A stretch of DNA of 64,000 bases from an uncultured Actinomycetes bacterium. Lineage in GTDB: Bacteria > Actinomycetota > Actinomycetes > Streptosporangiales > Streptosporangiaceae. How positions within the stretch are numbered: position 1 is the stretch's first letter; every line of letters begins with the position of its first letter. Positions 46,571-57,402 of the stretch are shown here, in pieces. Where the stretch lies: the NCBI GenBank assembly GCA_963697445.1, contig CAVOOC010000035.1, forward strand, positions 43,993 through 107,992, given 5' to 3'. Under the pieces are notes generated by a model. The model was not told the DNA's origin and searched no databases. It saw nothing but the letters and a program-made list of their open reading frames with translations. The translations under genes and the position numbers were made by a program.

Positions 46571-49130
46571 ATGACTTCCAGCGCTAAAAAGGCCGCGCTC
46601 GACGGCCTCGAGGACACGTGGTCGCGCCGCTGGGAACAGGAGTCCGTAGTACAAGTTTGACCGGACTGCGCCACGCGACCGCGTCTACGCGATCGACACT
46701 CCCCCGCTGACCGTCAGCGGATCCCTGCACATCGGGCACGTCTGCTCGTTCACCCACACCGACACGGTCGCCAGGTTCCAGCGGATGCGCGGCAAGGCGG
46801 TGTTCTACCCGGTCGGCTGGGACGACAACGGGCTGCCCACCGAGCGCAGGGTGCAGAACTACTTCGGCGTCCGCTGCGACCCGTCGCTGCCCTATTACCC
46901 GGACTTCACCCCTCCGGCCAAGCCCGCGGGCAGCCAGATCCCCATCTCACGGCGCAACTTCGTCGAGCTGTGCCAGCGGCTCACCGGGCTGGACGAGCAG
47001 GCGTTCGAGGACGTCTGGCGGCGGCTCGGCCTGTCCGTTAACTGGTCGGCGAAATACCGCACGATCGGCGACGAGGCGCGGGCGATCTCGCAGCGGGCGT
47101 TCGGCCGCAACCTGGCCCGCGGCGAGGCCTACCTGGCCGAGGGCCCGACGCTCTGGGACGTGACGTTCCGGACCGCGGTGGCTCAGGCCGACCTGGAGGA
47201 CAGGGACGTACGCGGCGCCTGGTTCCGGATCGCGTTCACCCGTACCGCGGCCGCCGACCCGGCCGCGCCGGCCGGCGAGCAGGTGATCGTGGCCACCACG
47301 CGGCCCGAGCTGCTGCCCGCCTGCGTGGCGCTCGTCGTGCACCCGGCCGACGAGCGGTACGCCCCGCTGGTCGGGTCCACCGTGACCACCCCGCTGTTCG
47401 GCGCGGAGGTGCCGGTGCTCGCGCACCGCTTCGCCGAGCCGGGCAAGGGCACCGGCATCGCGATGGTGTGCACGTTCGGCGACACGGCCGACATCACCTG
47501 GTGGCGGGACCTGCGGCTGCCCACCCGCCCGGTGATCGGCCCGGACGGCCGGCTGCTGCCCGAACCGCCGCCGGGCATCGACACCGGAGCCGCCCGGGCG
47601 GCGTACGCGAGGCTGGCCGGGCTCACCCCGGCCGCCGCCCGGGCGCTCACCGCGCAGATGCTCGACGACGACGGCAGCCTGATCGGCGAGCCTGAGCCGC
47701 TCGTGCACCCGGTGAAGTTCTACGAGAAGGGCGACCAGCCGCTCGAGATCATCACGACCCGGCAGTGGTTCCTGCGCAGCGGCGGCCGGGACGAGCACCT
47801 GCGCGCCGCCCTGCGCGAGCGCGGCGCCGGGCTCAGCTGGCACCCGGAGTTCATGGCTGTCCGCTACCAGAACTGGGTGGACGGGCTGACCGGGGACTGG
47901 CTGATCAGCCGCCAGCGGTTCTTCGGCGTGCCGATCCCGGTGTGGTATCCGCTCGACGACGACGGCAATCCCCGCTACGAGGCGCCGATCCTGGCCGCCG
48001 ACGACGCGCTGCCGGTGGACCCGGCCGCGCAGCCGCCGCCCGGCCGGGACGAGAGCCTGCGCGGCAAGCCCGGCGGGTTCGCCGCCGATCCCGACGTGAT
48101 GGACACCTGGGCCACGTCGTCGCTGACCCCGCAGATCGCCGGCCGGTGGAGCATCGACGACGACCTGTTCGGCCGGGTGTTCCCGATGGACCTGCGGCCG
48201 CAGGCGCACGAGATCATCCGTACCTGGCTGTTCTACACGGTGCTCCGGTCGCACTTCGAGCACGGCGTCCTGCCCTGGCGGCACGCCGCTATCTCCGGCT
48301 GGATCCTGGACCCGGACCGCAAGAAGATGTCCAAGTCCCGGGGCAACGTGGTGACTCCCGCCGACGTGCTGGCCGAGTTCGGCTCGGACGCGGTCAGGTA
48401 CTGGGCGGCCAGCAGCCGCCTCGGCGCGGACGTGACCTACGACCCCGGCCAGCTGCGGATCGGCAGGCGGCTGGCGATCAAGATCCTGAACGCCAGCCGG
48501 TTCGTGCTCGGCATCGCCGAAGCCCAGGGTGAGATCGTGACCGAGCCGCTCGACCAGGCCCTGCTGCGCAGGCTCGCGTACGTCGTGACCGAGTGCACGA
48601 GCGCGTTCGGAAATTATGATCATTCCCGTGCGCTGGAGCGGGCCGAGGAGTTCTTCTGGTTCTTCTGCGACGACTACCTGGAACTGGTGAAGGCGCGCGC
48701 CTACGGTGAGCGCGGCGGCCCGGCGGCAGCGTCGGCAGCCGCCACGCTGCGGTGCGCGCTGTCGGTGACGCTGCGCCTGTTCGCGCCGTTCCTGCCGTTC
48801 GTTACCGAAGAGGCCTGGTCGGCGTGGCAGCAGGGGTCCGTGCACCGGGCGGCCTGGCCCGACCCGGCGCCGCTGCTGGCGCTGGCGGGTGACACCGGCG
48901 CCGCGATGCTCGACGCGGCGTCGGCTGCCATCCGCGCAGTCCGCAGGGCCAAGACCGAGACCCGGGTGTCCATGCGGACGCCTGCCCGCGCGCTCGTCGT
49001 CACCGCCCCGGATGATCACCTGGCCCTGCTGGCCGGCGCCGCGGAGGACCTGCGCGCGGCGGGCCGGCTGGAGCGCCTCGAGCTGCGGCCGGGGCAGGTG
49101 CCGGCGCCCGTGCACGAGGTCTTCCTCTGA
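46571..49130 (+). pseudogene. valS: valine--tRNA ligase, frameshifted near the 5' end as assembled
   Basis: MTSSAKKAALDGLEDTWSRRWEQESV runs in frame 2 and stops at 46658. Frame 0 continues YKFDRTAPRDRVYAIDTPPLTVSGSLHIGH (the HIGH motif), then ...KMSKS... to the stop at 49130. One extra nucleotide sits at about 46646-46650. Confidence 0.93.
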
Positions 49131-49154
49131 CCCGGCCACGGGTAGTCTGCGGTC

Positions 49155-49604
49155 ATGGACAAGGTCAGCAAGACCGACGCGGAGTGGCGGCAGGAGCTGT
49201 CCCCCGAGGAGTACCGGGTGCTGCGGCAGGCGGGCACCGAGGCGCCGTGGCGGGGCGAGTACACCGACACCAGGACCGAGGGCGTGTACCGGTGCCGGGC
49301 CTGCGGCGCGGAGCTGTTCCGGTCGGACGCGAAGTTCGAGTCGCACTGCGGCTGGCCCAGCTTCTACCAGCCGGCCGACGGCGACGCGGTCGTGCTGATC
49401 GAGGACCGCTCGCTGGGCGCGGTCCGCACCGAGGTGCGCTGCGCCCGCTGCGACTCCCACCTCGGGCACGTGTTCGAGGGCGAGGGCTACCAGGTGCCCA
49501 CCGACCAGCGCTGGTGCATCAACTCCGTCTCCCTTTCCCTGGAACCTGCCGGGCCAGGGCCGTCGGACCAGCAGGATTCCGAACGGCATGCGGCCACCCC
49601 ATGA
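49155..49604 (+). CDS. msrB: peptide-methionine (R)-S-oxide reductase
   Basis: Two CxxC pairs (CRACGAELF, CARCDSHLGHVF) and the catalytic WCINS are present. Confidence 0.95.
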   Translation: MDKVSKTDAEWRQELSPEEYRVLRQAGTEAPWRGEYTDTRTEGVYRCRACGAELFRSDAKFESHCGWPSFYQPADGDAVVLIEDRSLGAVRTEVRCARCDSHLGHVFEGEGYQVPTDQRWCINSVSLSLEPAGPGPSDQQDSERHAATP

Positions 49605-49996
49605 TCTCGGACCTGCGGCTGATCAGGGCGGATGAGCTGTCCGCCAGCACCGCCCAGACACCGGGGATGCAGCGCGCCGCGGCCATTTCGGGTGACCTGG
49701 TCGGCTCGAGCGGGCTGTGGATGGGCCGCACGGTGATGCCGCCGGGCGGAGCGTCCGGCGACCATCATCACGGCGACTCGGAGACCGGCATCTACGTGGT
49801 GTCGGGCACCCCCGCGTTCGCGTTCCGCGACCCGGCGACCGGCGAGGTCACCCGGCTGGAGGCCCAGCCGGGCGATTTCGTCTGGGTGCCGCCGCACGCG
49901 CCACACCGGGAGGAGAACCCGTCGGTCACCGAGGCGGTCCTCGTGGTCGTCCGGTCCACCCAGGAAGCGATCGTCGTCAACCTGCCGGGGCTGTAA
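49601..49996 (+). CDS. cupin-domain protein
   Basis: GDHHHGDSETGIYVVSG....GDFVWVPPHAPHRE is a cupin metal motif. The ATG overlaps the msrB stop (ATGA). Confidence 0.8.
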   Translation: MISDLRLIRADELSASTAQTPGMQRAAAISGDLVGSSGLWMGRTVMPPGGASGDHHHGDSETGIYVVSGTPAFAFRDPATGEVTRLEAQPGDFVWVPPHAPHREENPSVTEAVLVVVRSTQEAIVVNLPGL

Positions 49997-50032
49997 GCGC
50001 ACCGTCACCTTCCCTTGATCGGCTTGCCGGAG

Positions 50033-51037
50033 TCAGCGGCCGGGCGGCTTGCCTGGCGCCCGGCAGAACGCGGGCGAGTTCACCGCCCACCGCGGCACCT
50101 CACCACGCGCCCAGCGGTCCAGCTCCCGGGCGAACACCCGGCCGGTGCGGGTGAACATCGTCCGGGTGAGCCCGCCGACGTGCGGCGTGGCGAACACCCG
50201 CGGGTCGCGCAGCAGCGCGGAGTCCGGGTCGGCCGGCTCGCTTGCGTGCACGTCCAGGCCCGCCCCGGCCACTTGGCCGGACTCCAGGGCGGCCAGCAGC
50301 GCGCCCTCGTCCACCAGCCCGCCGCGAGCGACGTTGACGAAGATCGCACCGCGCTTCATCGCCGCGAACGCCGCCTCGCCGAACATCCCGGCGTTCCCCT
50401 CGTGCAGCATCGCGCAGCACAGCACGGCGTCCGCGTGCCCGAGCATCCGCAGGAGCTGATCGGGACCGGCAACCTCCTCGACCCCGGCGGGGGCGCCGTA
50501 CTCCGGGTGGGCGCGCACGCCGAGCAGCCGGGCGCCGAAGCCGGACAGCCGGGCGGCCGCGGCGTTCCCGGTCGCGCCCAGGCCGACGATCAGGATCGTC
50601 GAGCCGAGCAGCGTGCCGCCGAGCGGGCGCTGCTCCCAGCGCCGGTTCCACAGCGCTTCCCTGGTCTCGTCCAGCCGCCGGACGAGGGCGAGCAGCTGCA
50701 GCACCGCGAGCTCGGCGACACTGTCCGCGTTGCCGCCGGCGTCACCGGGAATCCTGGCCACCCAGACGCCCTGCTGGGTGGCGGCCTGCACGTCAACCTT
50801 CTCCAGCCCGACCCCGAACTGCTGCACCAGGCCGAACGTCCCGGCCTTGAGCGTGACGGCGTCAAGCGGCGCCCCCCAGGGGCAGACCACGTCCACACCG
50901 TCCACGTGACCGGCCATCTCGCCGCGCGGGCAGACCGAGATTTCCCAGCCGGGCAGCTCAGGCGCGAGATCGGTCCAGGAAAGCTCCGCGGTGAACCGGG
51001 GAACCCCGAAAAGCACCTTGTGTGTGGGTATTTTCAT
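50033..51037 (-). CDS. D-isomer-specific 2-hydroxyacid dehydrogenase family protein (NAD-binding)
   Basis: ILIVGLGATGNAAAARL is a GxGxxG fold. NVARGGLVDE and the HVGG catalytic His region are present. Confidence 0.88.
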   Translation of the reverse strand: MKIPTHKVLFGVPRFTAELSWTDLAPELPGWEISVCPRGEMAGHVDGVDVVCPWGAPLDAVTLKAGTFGLVQQFGVGLEKVDVQAATQQGVWVARIPGDAGGNADSVAELAVLQLLALVRRLDETREALWNRRWEQRPLGGTLLGSTILIVGLGATGNAAAARLSGFGARLLGVRAHPEYGAPAGVEEVAGPDQLLRMLGHADAVLCCAMLHEGNAGMFGEAAFAAMKRGAIFVNVARGGLVDEGALLAALESGQVAGAGLDVHASEPADPDSALLRDPRVFATPHVGGLTRTMFTRTGRVFARELDRWARGEVPRWAVNSPAFCRAPGKPPGR

Positions 51038-51220
51038 TTCTGGCCTTTGATCTTAGGATCCGCGGAGGGGGCGAGTGAGCATGTGGTCAGGCAGCTTACG
51101 GCGGGTCGGGGTCTACGCGCCGGTAGCCGGGCTAATCGCGCAGGCAATGCCTGCTCACGTCTCCCGCTCAGCCCGGGCCGCGCCCGCGACCCGGTGAGCA
51201 GAAGGCGGCGGGGGGTCACG

Positions 51221-54003
51221 ATGGACCGTCATAGTGTGCGGAGTTCACGGCTCGGGCTGGCCACGGCGGCGCTGACCTTAGCGGCCGGCGCCTGGTGGGC
51301 ACCGTCGGCGCTGGCCGCCGCCGGCGCTCCCGCCGTGGCCACGGTGCTGACCAGCTGCAGCTTCTCGGCCCTGAAGAGCGCCGTCGCGGCGGGCGGCACG
51401 GTGAGCTACGGGATCAGCTGCCAGTCACCGCCGGTCTCGTTCACCTCGACGATCTCGGTGCCCACGGGCCTGACCGTCAACATCGAGGCCGGCGGCCACA
51501 CCGTCACGTTCGACGGCGGCGGCAAGGTGCGCCTGTTCCAGGTGACCGGCGGGCATCTCACCATCGGCGGCATCTCGCTGAACGGCGGGCAGGTGACGAC
51601 GGCCAACGGCAAGGCGGGCGGCAACGGCGCCGCCGGGACGGCCGGCTCGCCCGGCGCCAACGGCGCCAACGGTACCGGCGGCTCCTCCCCCGGCGCGAAC
51701 GGCAGCCCGGGCCAGCCCGGCGGCGCAGGCGGCCTGGCGACGGCGGGCCAGGCCGGCGGCGCGGGCAAGAGCGCCAGCCTCGCCAGGGGCGGGGCGCTGC
51801 TCATCACCTCGGGCACCGTCGCGCTGAACAACGACACGTTCATCAACGACATCGCGGCCGGCGGTGCCGGCGGCGCGGGCGGCAACGGCGGCGGCGGCGG
51901 CTTCGGCGGCGGCGGCGGCTTCGGCGGCGGCGGCGGCGCCGGCGCCGGCGGTGCGGCCGGGCAGGCGGGCGGCCAAGGTGGCGCCGGCGGCATCGGCGGG
52001 AACGGCTCGGCGGGGGGAGCCGGCGGGGCCGGCGGCAAGGGCGGCGCCGGGGGTGCCGCCCAGGGCGGCGCGGTGTGGAACGCCGGGACGCTCACGGTGA
52101 CGGGGAGCAGCTTCTTCCAGGATGTGGCTTCGGCGGGCAGCGGCGGGGCCGCCGGCTCGGGCGGCGGCGGCGGCTGGAGCGGCGGTGGCGGCGCTGGCGG
52201 CACCGGCGGAGCAGGCGGGATCGGCGGCAGCAACCCCTCGGGTACCGGCGGAGCCGGCGGAGGCCGGCGGCCAGAACGGGGTGAACGGTGCCGGCGGTAC
52301 GGGCGGAGCAGGCGGTGCAGGCGGCGCCGCCGGCCAGGCTCAGGGCGGCGCGATCTACAACAGCGGGACGCTGCAGATCACCGGCAGCACGCTCCAGCAC
52401 AACGCGGCACGCGCAGGAAACGCGGGCAACGGCGGCTCGGGTGGCGCGGGCGGCACGGCCGCCAATCCAGGCAGCCCCGGGGAAGGCGGCGGCGCCTCCA
52501 GCGGCGGCGCCGGGGCGCCGGGCGGCGCGGGAGGCACCGGCGGGACGGGCAGGCCCGGCCGGAGCCCTGAACGGCGGCACCATCGCGCCGGCGGGACGCG
52601 GCGGCGCGGCAGGCAGCGGAGCCGTCGGCGGCACCGCCCAGGGCGGTGCGGTGTTCAACTCGGGCACAGTGAACACGCTGACGGGGAGCAACCTGTCCAG
52701 CAACCAGGCGAACGGCGGCTGGGGTGGCAGCGCCGGGAACGCCGGCTTTGGCGGCGGGGCTACCAACGCGCCCGCCAGCGGCGGAAACGGCGGCTGGGGC
52801 GGCGGCGGCGGGCCCGCCGGGGTGCAGGGCGCAAAGGGCGCGCCCGGCCAGAACGGCGCCGACGGCGCCCTCGGCCCGGCCGGCCCGGCCGGGGCAGCGG
52901 GCGGTGCCGGCGGTACCAACAGCGCCGGCGGCCCGGGTGAGGGCGGGGCCGTCTACAACAGCGGCTCGGCCCATCTGGGATCTGCCGCCGCGCCCGACCA
53001 GTTCACCTTCAACCAGGCCACCGGCGGTACCGGCAACGCGCGCGGCAGCGGCGGCAACGGCAACGGCGGCCAGGCCGGCGGCAGGGGAGGCTCCGGCGGA
53101 GGCGGCGGCGCGGGCGGCGGCAATGGCGCGCAGAGCGGAAACGGCGGCAACGCCGCAGGCGGCGCGGCGGCCGGGGCCGCCGGGGCCGCCGGGGCCGCAT
53201 TCACGGGTGGCGCCGGCGGAGCAGGGCTGGGCGGCGCGGTCTACGGCAACGGCTCCGGCAGCGGCGCCCAGCTGACCGTGACCAGCGACACGTTCCAGAA
53301 CAACACGGCGTCCGGCGGTTCCGGCTCGGCGGCCTGGGTCGCCGGCAACGGCGGCGGCGGGAATAGCGGCGGCGGAGGCGGCGCAGGCGGGGGCGGCGGG
53401 GGCGGCGGCAGCAACGTGCCCGGCGTGGGTGGCGCGGGGGCGGCCGGCGTGGCCGGCTCGCCGGGCGCCGCCGGCGGTAAGGGCGGCACCGGGGGCAGCG
53501 GCGGTCTCGCCGAAGGCGGCGGGATCTACGCGACCGGATCGCTCAGCATCACCGGCAACACCTTCAGCACCGAGTCAGCGACCGCTGGCAAGGGTGGGGG
53601 CGCCAGCAACGGAGGTAGCGGCGGGCGCGGCGGCAACGGCGGCTTCGGCGGCCCGGGTGGCGGGAACGGAAGCGGCACCGGGACTGGCCCGGCCGGCGCC
53701 AACGGCAACGGCGCGAACGGCGGCAACGGCGGCGGCGGGGGCAACGGCGGCGCGGGCGGCAGCGCCGACGGCGGCGCCTGGTTCAGCGTCTCACCGCCGG
53801 TCGCCAATTCCGGGAACACCTACAGCGGCGACACGGTCACCGCGGGCGCTGGCGGGGCGAAGGGCACCGGCGGCTCCGGCGGTTCGGGCGGCCAGCCCGG
53901 CATGGGACCGGGCGCGCCGGGCACGGCAGGCTCTCCGGGCTCGGCCGGCGCCAGCGGCATCGCGGGCGCGGCCGGCACCGCGACCAACCCCGACCACAAC
54001 TGA
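51221..54003 (+). pseudogene. secreted Gly-rich repeat protein (Pmp-like beta-helix repeats interleaved with collagen-like/PGRS-like tracts), two frameshifts as assembled
   Basis: The signal peptide reads MDRHSVRSSRLGLATAALTLAAGAWWAPSALAAA. The same repeat grammar (GGA[IVL]xNxGTLxxTGSxFxxNxA plus GGxGG runs) continues from frame 2 (to about 52260) into frame 0 (about 52262-52550) and then frame 1 (to the stop at 54003). Confidence 0.75.
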
Positions 54004-54037
54004 GGCACCGGCCGCCGCGGCCCAGGCGTCACCGCCC

Positions 54038-54094
54038 GAAGATCGATGGAAGATTCCTTGGATCAGGTGCCTAAGAAGGCTCCATCGATCTTGG
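54038..54094. terminator. long hairpin between convergent genes (possible bidirectional terminator)
   Basis: GAAGATCGATGGA (54038-54050) pairs with TCCATCGATCTT (54081-54092), giving a 12-bp perfect stem with a loop of about 30 nt. It lies in a relatively AT-rich gap between stops at 54003 (+) and 54126 (-). Confidence 0.5.
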
Positions 54095-54125
54095 GGCACC
54101 GGGCGGGACCGGCGCGGCGGGGCTG

Positions 54126-54905
54126 TTACGGCAGGGCGGCGAGCAGCTCGCGGACCGGCTTGCGGCGGCCGGTGTAGAACGGGATCTCTTCCCTGGTGTG
54201 CAGCCGGGCCCTGGCGCCGCGCAGGTGCCGCATCAGGTCGACGATCCGGTGCAGCTCGTCGGCCTCGAACGCGAGGATCCACTCGTAGTCGTTCAGCGCG
54301 AAGCAGGGGACGGTGTTGGCGCGGACGTCCGGGTACTCGCGGGCCATCATGCCGTGCTCGGCCAGCATCGCCCGCCGTTCGGCGTCGTCGAGCAGGTACC
54401 AGTCATAGGAGCGCACGAACGGGTACACGCTGACGTAGGCGCGCGGCTCCTCCCCCGCCAGGAAGGCCGGGATGTGGCTCTTGTTGAACTCGGCCGGCCG
54501 GTGCAGCGCCATCACCGACCAGACCGGGTCGCTGGCCCGGCCGAGGCCGGTCCGGCGGAACCGCGCGTACATCTCCTGCAGGTCGTCGGAGGAGGGCGCG
54601 ACCCACCAGAACATGTAGTCGGCGTCGGCGCGCAGGCCCTGCACGTCGTAGCAGCCGCGGGTGACGACACCCTTGCCCGACGCCTGCTGGCACAGCTCCT
54701 CCACCTCGGCGGCCATGCCGTCCCGGCCGCTGTGCGTCAGCGCCCCGGCCGACACGAGCGCGCCGGGGCCCTTCACCCGGAACACCGACCACATCGTGTA
54801 GCGGATCAGCTCGTTCAGGTCGCGTGCCCTGGGCTTCGCGGTCGCGTCACTGGCGGGAGTTCCCGCGTGGTCGCTGCCGGTCATGCCTTCATTCTCTGTC
54901 ATCAT
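54126..54905 (-). CDS. hemQ: coproheme decarboxylase (HemQ/ChdC, chlorite-dismutase-like family)
   Basis: [28 protein letters not shown] and [21 protein letters not shown] fit the family. The ATG pair follows AGGAGG. Confidence 0.9.
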   Translation of the reverse strand: MMTENEGMTGSDHAGTPASDATAKPRARDLNELIRYTMWSVFRVKGPGALVSAGALTHSGRDGMAAEVEELCQQASGKGVVTRGCYDVQGLRADADYMFWWVAPSSDDLQEMYARFRRTGLGRASDPVWSVMALHRPAEFNKSHIPAFLAGEEPRAYVSVYPFVRSYDWYLLDDAERRAMLAEHGMMAREYPDVRANTVPCFALNDYEWILAFEADELHRIVDLMRHLRGARARLHTREEIPFYTGRRKPVRELLAALP

Positions 54906-56364
54906 CAGCCTCCTGGCCTCCGCTGGCTCCTGACCTCGCTCCGGCCGGGACCGGCAGGTGCGCGAGCACCTGGCCGGCCGCGGCGCGGGCGGTCGCGATG
55001 CACGCCGGGATGCCGAGGCCGTCGTAGGCGCCGCCGCAGACGGCGAGCCCCGGCTGGGCCGCCACCGCGGCCCGGATGCGCGCCACCCGGTCCAGGTGGC
55101 CCACGTCATACTGCGGCAGCGCCCCGCCCCACCGGGTCACCCTGGTCTCCGCGGGCGGGCCGCTGACCCCGGTCGCGGCGGCGAACTCCCGCGCGGCGAG
55201 CGCGGCGAGCCCGGCGTCGTCCCGCTGCAGGACCGCGTCCTCGCCGATCCGGCCGACCGAGCACCTGACGATGTGCAGGCCGGCGTCGCTCTGGGCCGGC
55301 AGCAGGTGCGGCCACTTGACGGTGCTGAACGTAACCGCCTTGACCGCGCGGCCGTCGACCGCGGGCACCAGGTAGCCGCTGCCGGTCAGCGGGGAGCCGA
55401 ACGCCGCCCGCGGGTAGGCCAGCGTGACGATCGCCATGCTCGCGTACCGGATCTCGCCGAGCCCGGCGGCCGCGGCCGCCGTGGTGTCCGCCAGCAGCCT
55501 GCTGGCCGGGCGGGCGGGGACGGCCAGGATCACCGCATCGGCCTGCGCGCTCTCGGGCTGGCTGGCCGGACCGGTGACCAGCCGCCAGCCGTTAGGAATG
55601 CGAATGAGCTTGCGGACCATGCAGCCGGTGCGCACGGTCGCTCCGGAGGCGGCCGCGACGGCCGGGGGCAGCGTGCCGAGGCCGCCGGCCAGCGTGGTGA
55701 ATACGGGCGCGCGGGCCGCCCCGTTCTCCGGCTGCGGCGGCGGGAGCAGCTCCCCCGCCGCCTGCGCGAGCGAGCGGTGCCGCCGCGCCGCCGCCGCCAG
55801 CGCGGGCATCGTCGCCTCGAGGGACAGCTCGTCGCTGCGGCCCGCGTAGACGCCGCCGAGGAGCGGGTCCACCAGCCGGTCCACCAGCTCCCCGCCGAAC
55901 CGCGCCGATACGTAGCCGGCGACGGAGACGTCGCCGTCGAGCGGGGTGGCGGGCAGCTCGGCGTCGAGGCTGGCGCGGGCGAGCCCGGCGCCGGTGAGCA
56001 GCCGCGAGCGGGCCAGCTCGGCAAAGTCGGCCGGCACGCCCATGAACTGCCGTCCGGGCATGTCGCGCAGCGTGCCGCGGCTCCAGATCCGCGCGGACGT
56101 GGTGCCGGGGGTCACGAGCTGGTCCGCGAGCCCCACCGCGCGGATCAGGCCGGTGCCCTCCGGGCGCCGGGCCAGCAGGGCTTCGGCGCCCTCGTCGGCG
56201 GCGATCCCGGCCACGTCGGACACCGCCAGCTTGCCGCCCAGCCGGGGCGAGCCCTCGTACACGGTGACCGACACCGGCGCGTCCCGCAGGAAGTACGCGG
56301 CGGCCAGCCCGGCGATGCCGCCGCCCACGATCGCGACGTGCGGCAGCCGGCCAGCGTGCGTCAT
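54889..56364 (-). CDS. hemY: coproporphyrinogen/protoporphyrinogen oxidase (HemY/CgoX, FAD-dependent)
   Basis: [17 protein letters not shown]....V.VYEGS.RLGGK is the dinucleotide fold. The C-terminal GG.Y.G.GIPACI is present. The 3' end overlaps the hemQ start. Confidence 0.9.
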   Translation of the reverse strand: MTHAGRLPHVAIVGGGIAGLAAAYFLRDAPVSVTVYEGSPRLGGKLAVSDVAGIAADEGAEALLARRPEGTGLIRAVGLADQLVTPGTTSARIWSRGTLRDMPGRQFMGVPADFAELARSRLLTGAGLARASLDAELPATPLDGDVSVAGYVSARFGGELVDRLVDPLLGGVYAGRSDELSLEATMPALAAAARRHRSLAQAAGELLPPPQPENGAARAPVFTTLAGGLGTLPPAVAAASGATVRTGCMVRKLIRIPNGWRLVTGPASQPESAQADAVILAVPARPASRLLADTTAAAAAGLGEIRYASMAIVTLAYPRAAFGSPLTGSGYLVPAVDGRAVKAVTFSTVKWPHLLPAQSDAGLHIVRCSVGRIGEDAVLQRDDAGLAALAAREFAAATGVSGPPAETRVTRWGGALPQYDVGHLDRVARIRAAVAAQPGLAVCGGAYDGLGIPACIATARAAAGQVLAHLPVPAGARSGASGGQEADDDRE

Positions 56365-56520
56365 CCCGCCAGTCTGCCAGGACGGACGCACTGCGGCCGT
56401 CACCGCCTGCCCCGGGGGGCGATACCTGCTAGCGGTAATTTTCCGCACGTCCGGCATGCCCGGAGCGGCCCGCGCTGTTGCACGTCTGCGGACATGACAC
56501 CGACGGATAGGACTTCGCTA

Positions 56521-57402
56521 ATGCGGTACAGGACAATCGGCGGGACCAGCGTGAGCGCGATCGGGCTCGGCGGGATGCCCATGTCGATCGAGGGCCGGCC
56601 GGACGAGCAGCGGTCGGTGGCGACGATCCACGCCGGCCTGGACGCAGGCGTCACGCTGATCGACACGGCCGACGCCTACCACCTGCACGCGGGCGAGACC
56701 GGTCACAACGAGCGGCTGATCGCGCGCGCCATCGCCACCTGGGGCGGTGACGCCAGCGACGTGCTCGTCGCCACCAAGGGCGGCCACCTGCGGCCCGGCG
56801 ACGGGTCATGGACGGTGGACGGATCGCCCGAGCACCTGCGGCAGGCCGCCGACGCGTCGCTCAAGGCGCTCGGCGTCGAGGCCATCGGCCTCTACCAGTA
56901 CCACCGGCCCGACCCGAGGGTTCCCTACGCCGAGTCGGTCGGGGCGCTGAAGGAGCTGCGGGACGCGGGCAAGATCAGGCTGGTCGGCATCTCTAACGCG
57001 ACCATCGAGCAGATCGACATCGCCAGGGAGGTCCTCGGCGAGGGCGGCCTGGCCAGCGTGCAGAACCAGTTCTCGCCCGCGTTCACCTCCAGCGAGCCCG
57101 AGCTCGCGCACTGCGCGGCCCTGGGCATCGCTTTCCTGCCGTGGAGCCCACTGGGCGGCATCGGCCGGGCGGCCCGGGTGGGCACGTCGCACGCGGCGTT
57201 CCAGCAGGTGGCCGGCGCCCACGGGGTGTCGCCGCAGCAGGTCACGCTGGCCTGGATGCTGGCCAAGGCCCCGGTGGTGATCCCGATCCCGGGCGCGAGC
57301 AGGCCGGAGTCGATCACCGACTCGGTCCGCGCCGCGGACCTGGTGCTGACCGGCGAGGAGCTCAGCGAGCTGGACGAGAGCGTAGGGCTGGCCGCCGCGT
57401 AG
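56521..57402 (+). CDS. aldo/keto reductase
   Basis: MRYRTIGGTSVSAIGLGGM, IDTADAY, GISN and LPWSPLG fit the family. An alternative upstream ATG lies at 56494. Confidence 0.9.
   Translation: MRYRTIGGTSVSAIGLGGMPMSIEGRPDEQRSVATIHAGLDAGVTLIDTADAYHLHAGETGHNERLIARAIATWGGDASDVLVATKGGHLRPGDGSWTVDGSPEHLRQAADASLKALGVEAIGLYQYHRPDPRVPYAESVGALKELRDAGKIRLVGISNATIEQIDIAREVLGEGGLASVQNQFSPAFTSSEPELAHCAALGIAFLPWSPLGGIGRAARVGTSHAAFQQVAGAHGVSPQQVTLAWMLAKAPVVIPIPGASRPESITDSVRAADLVLTGEELSELDESVGLAAA

Noticed and set aside
46640-46660. Programmed ribosomal frameshifting as an explanation for the valS and other breaks.
   Set aside because: No shared slippery heptamer or downstream structure occurs at the sites. 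The events are spread over unrelated genes, so sequencing or assembly error is far more parsimonious.
51038-51220. The intergenic leader of the Gly-rich secreted protein as a possible riboswitch (for example the cyclic-di-AMP/ydaO type often found ahead of actinobacterial cell-envelope genes).
   Set aside because: I could not recognise the conserved core motifs of any riboswitch class by eye. A covariance-model scan would be needed, so no claim is made.
51406-53819. Pro-rich ORFs on the minus strand of the Gly-rich gene (for example 51406..52233, 52092..52919, 53241..53489, 53526..53819).
   Set aside because: They are mirror images of GGN-rich codons (CCN). The plus-strand reading has a signal peptide and structured repeat modules, so the minus-strand ORFs are artefacts.
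51600-53950. The repetitive region might have been a CRISPR array or other non-coding repeat array.
   Set aside because: There are no constant-length direct repeats with unique spacers. The periodicity is codon-based (GGN) and the region sits inside an ORF.
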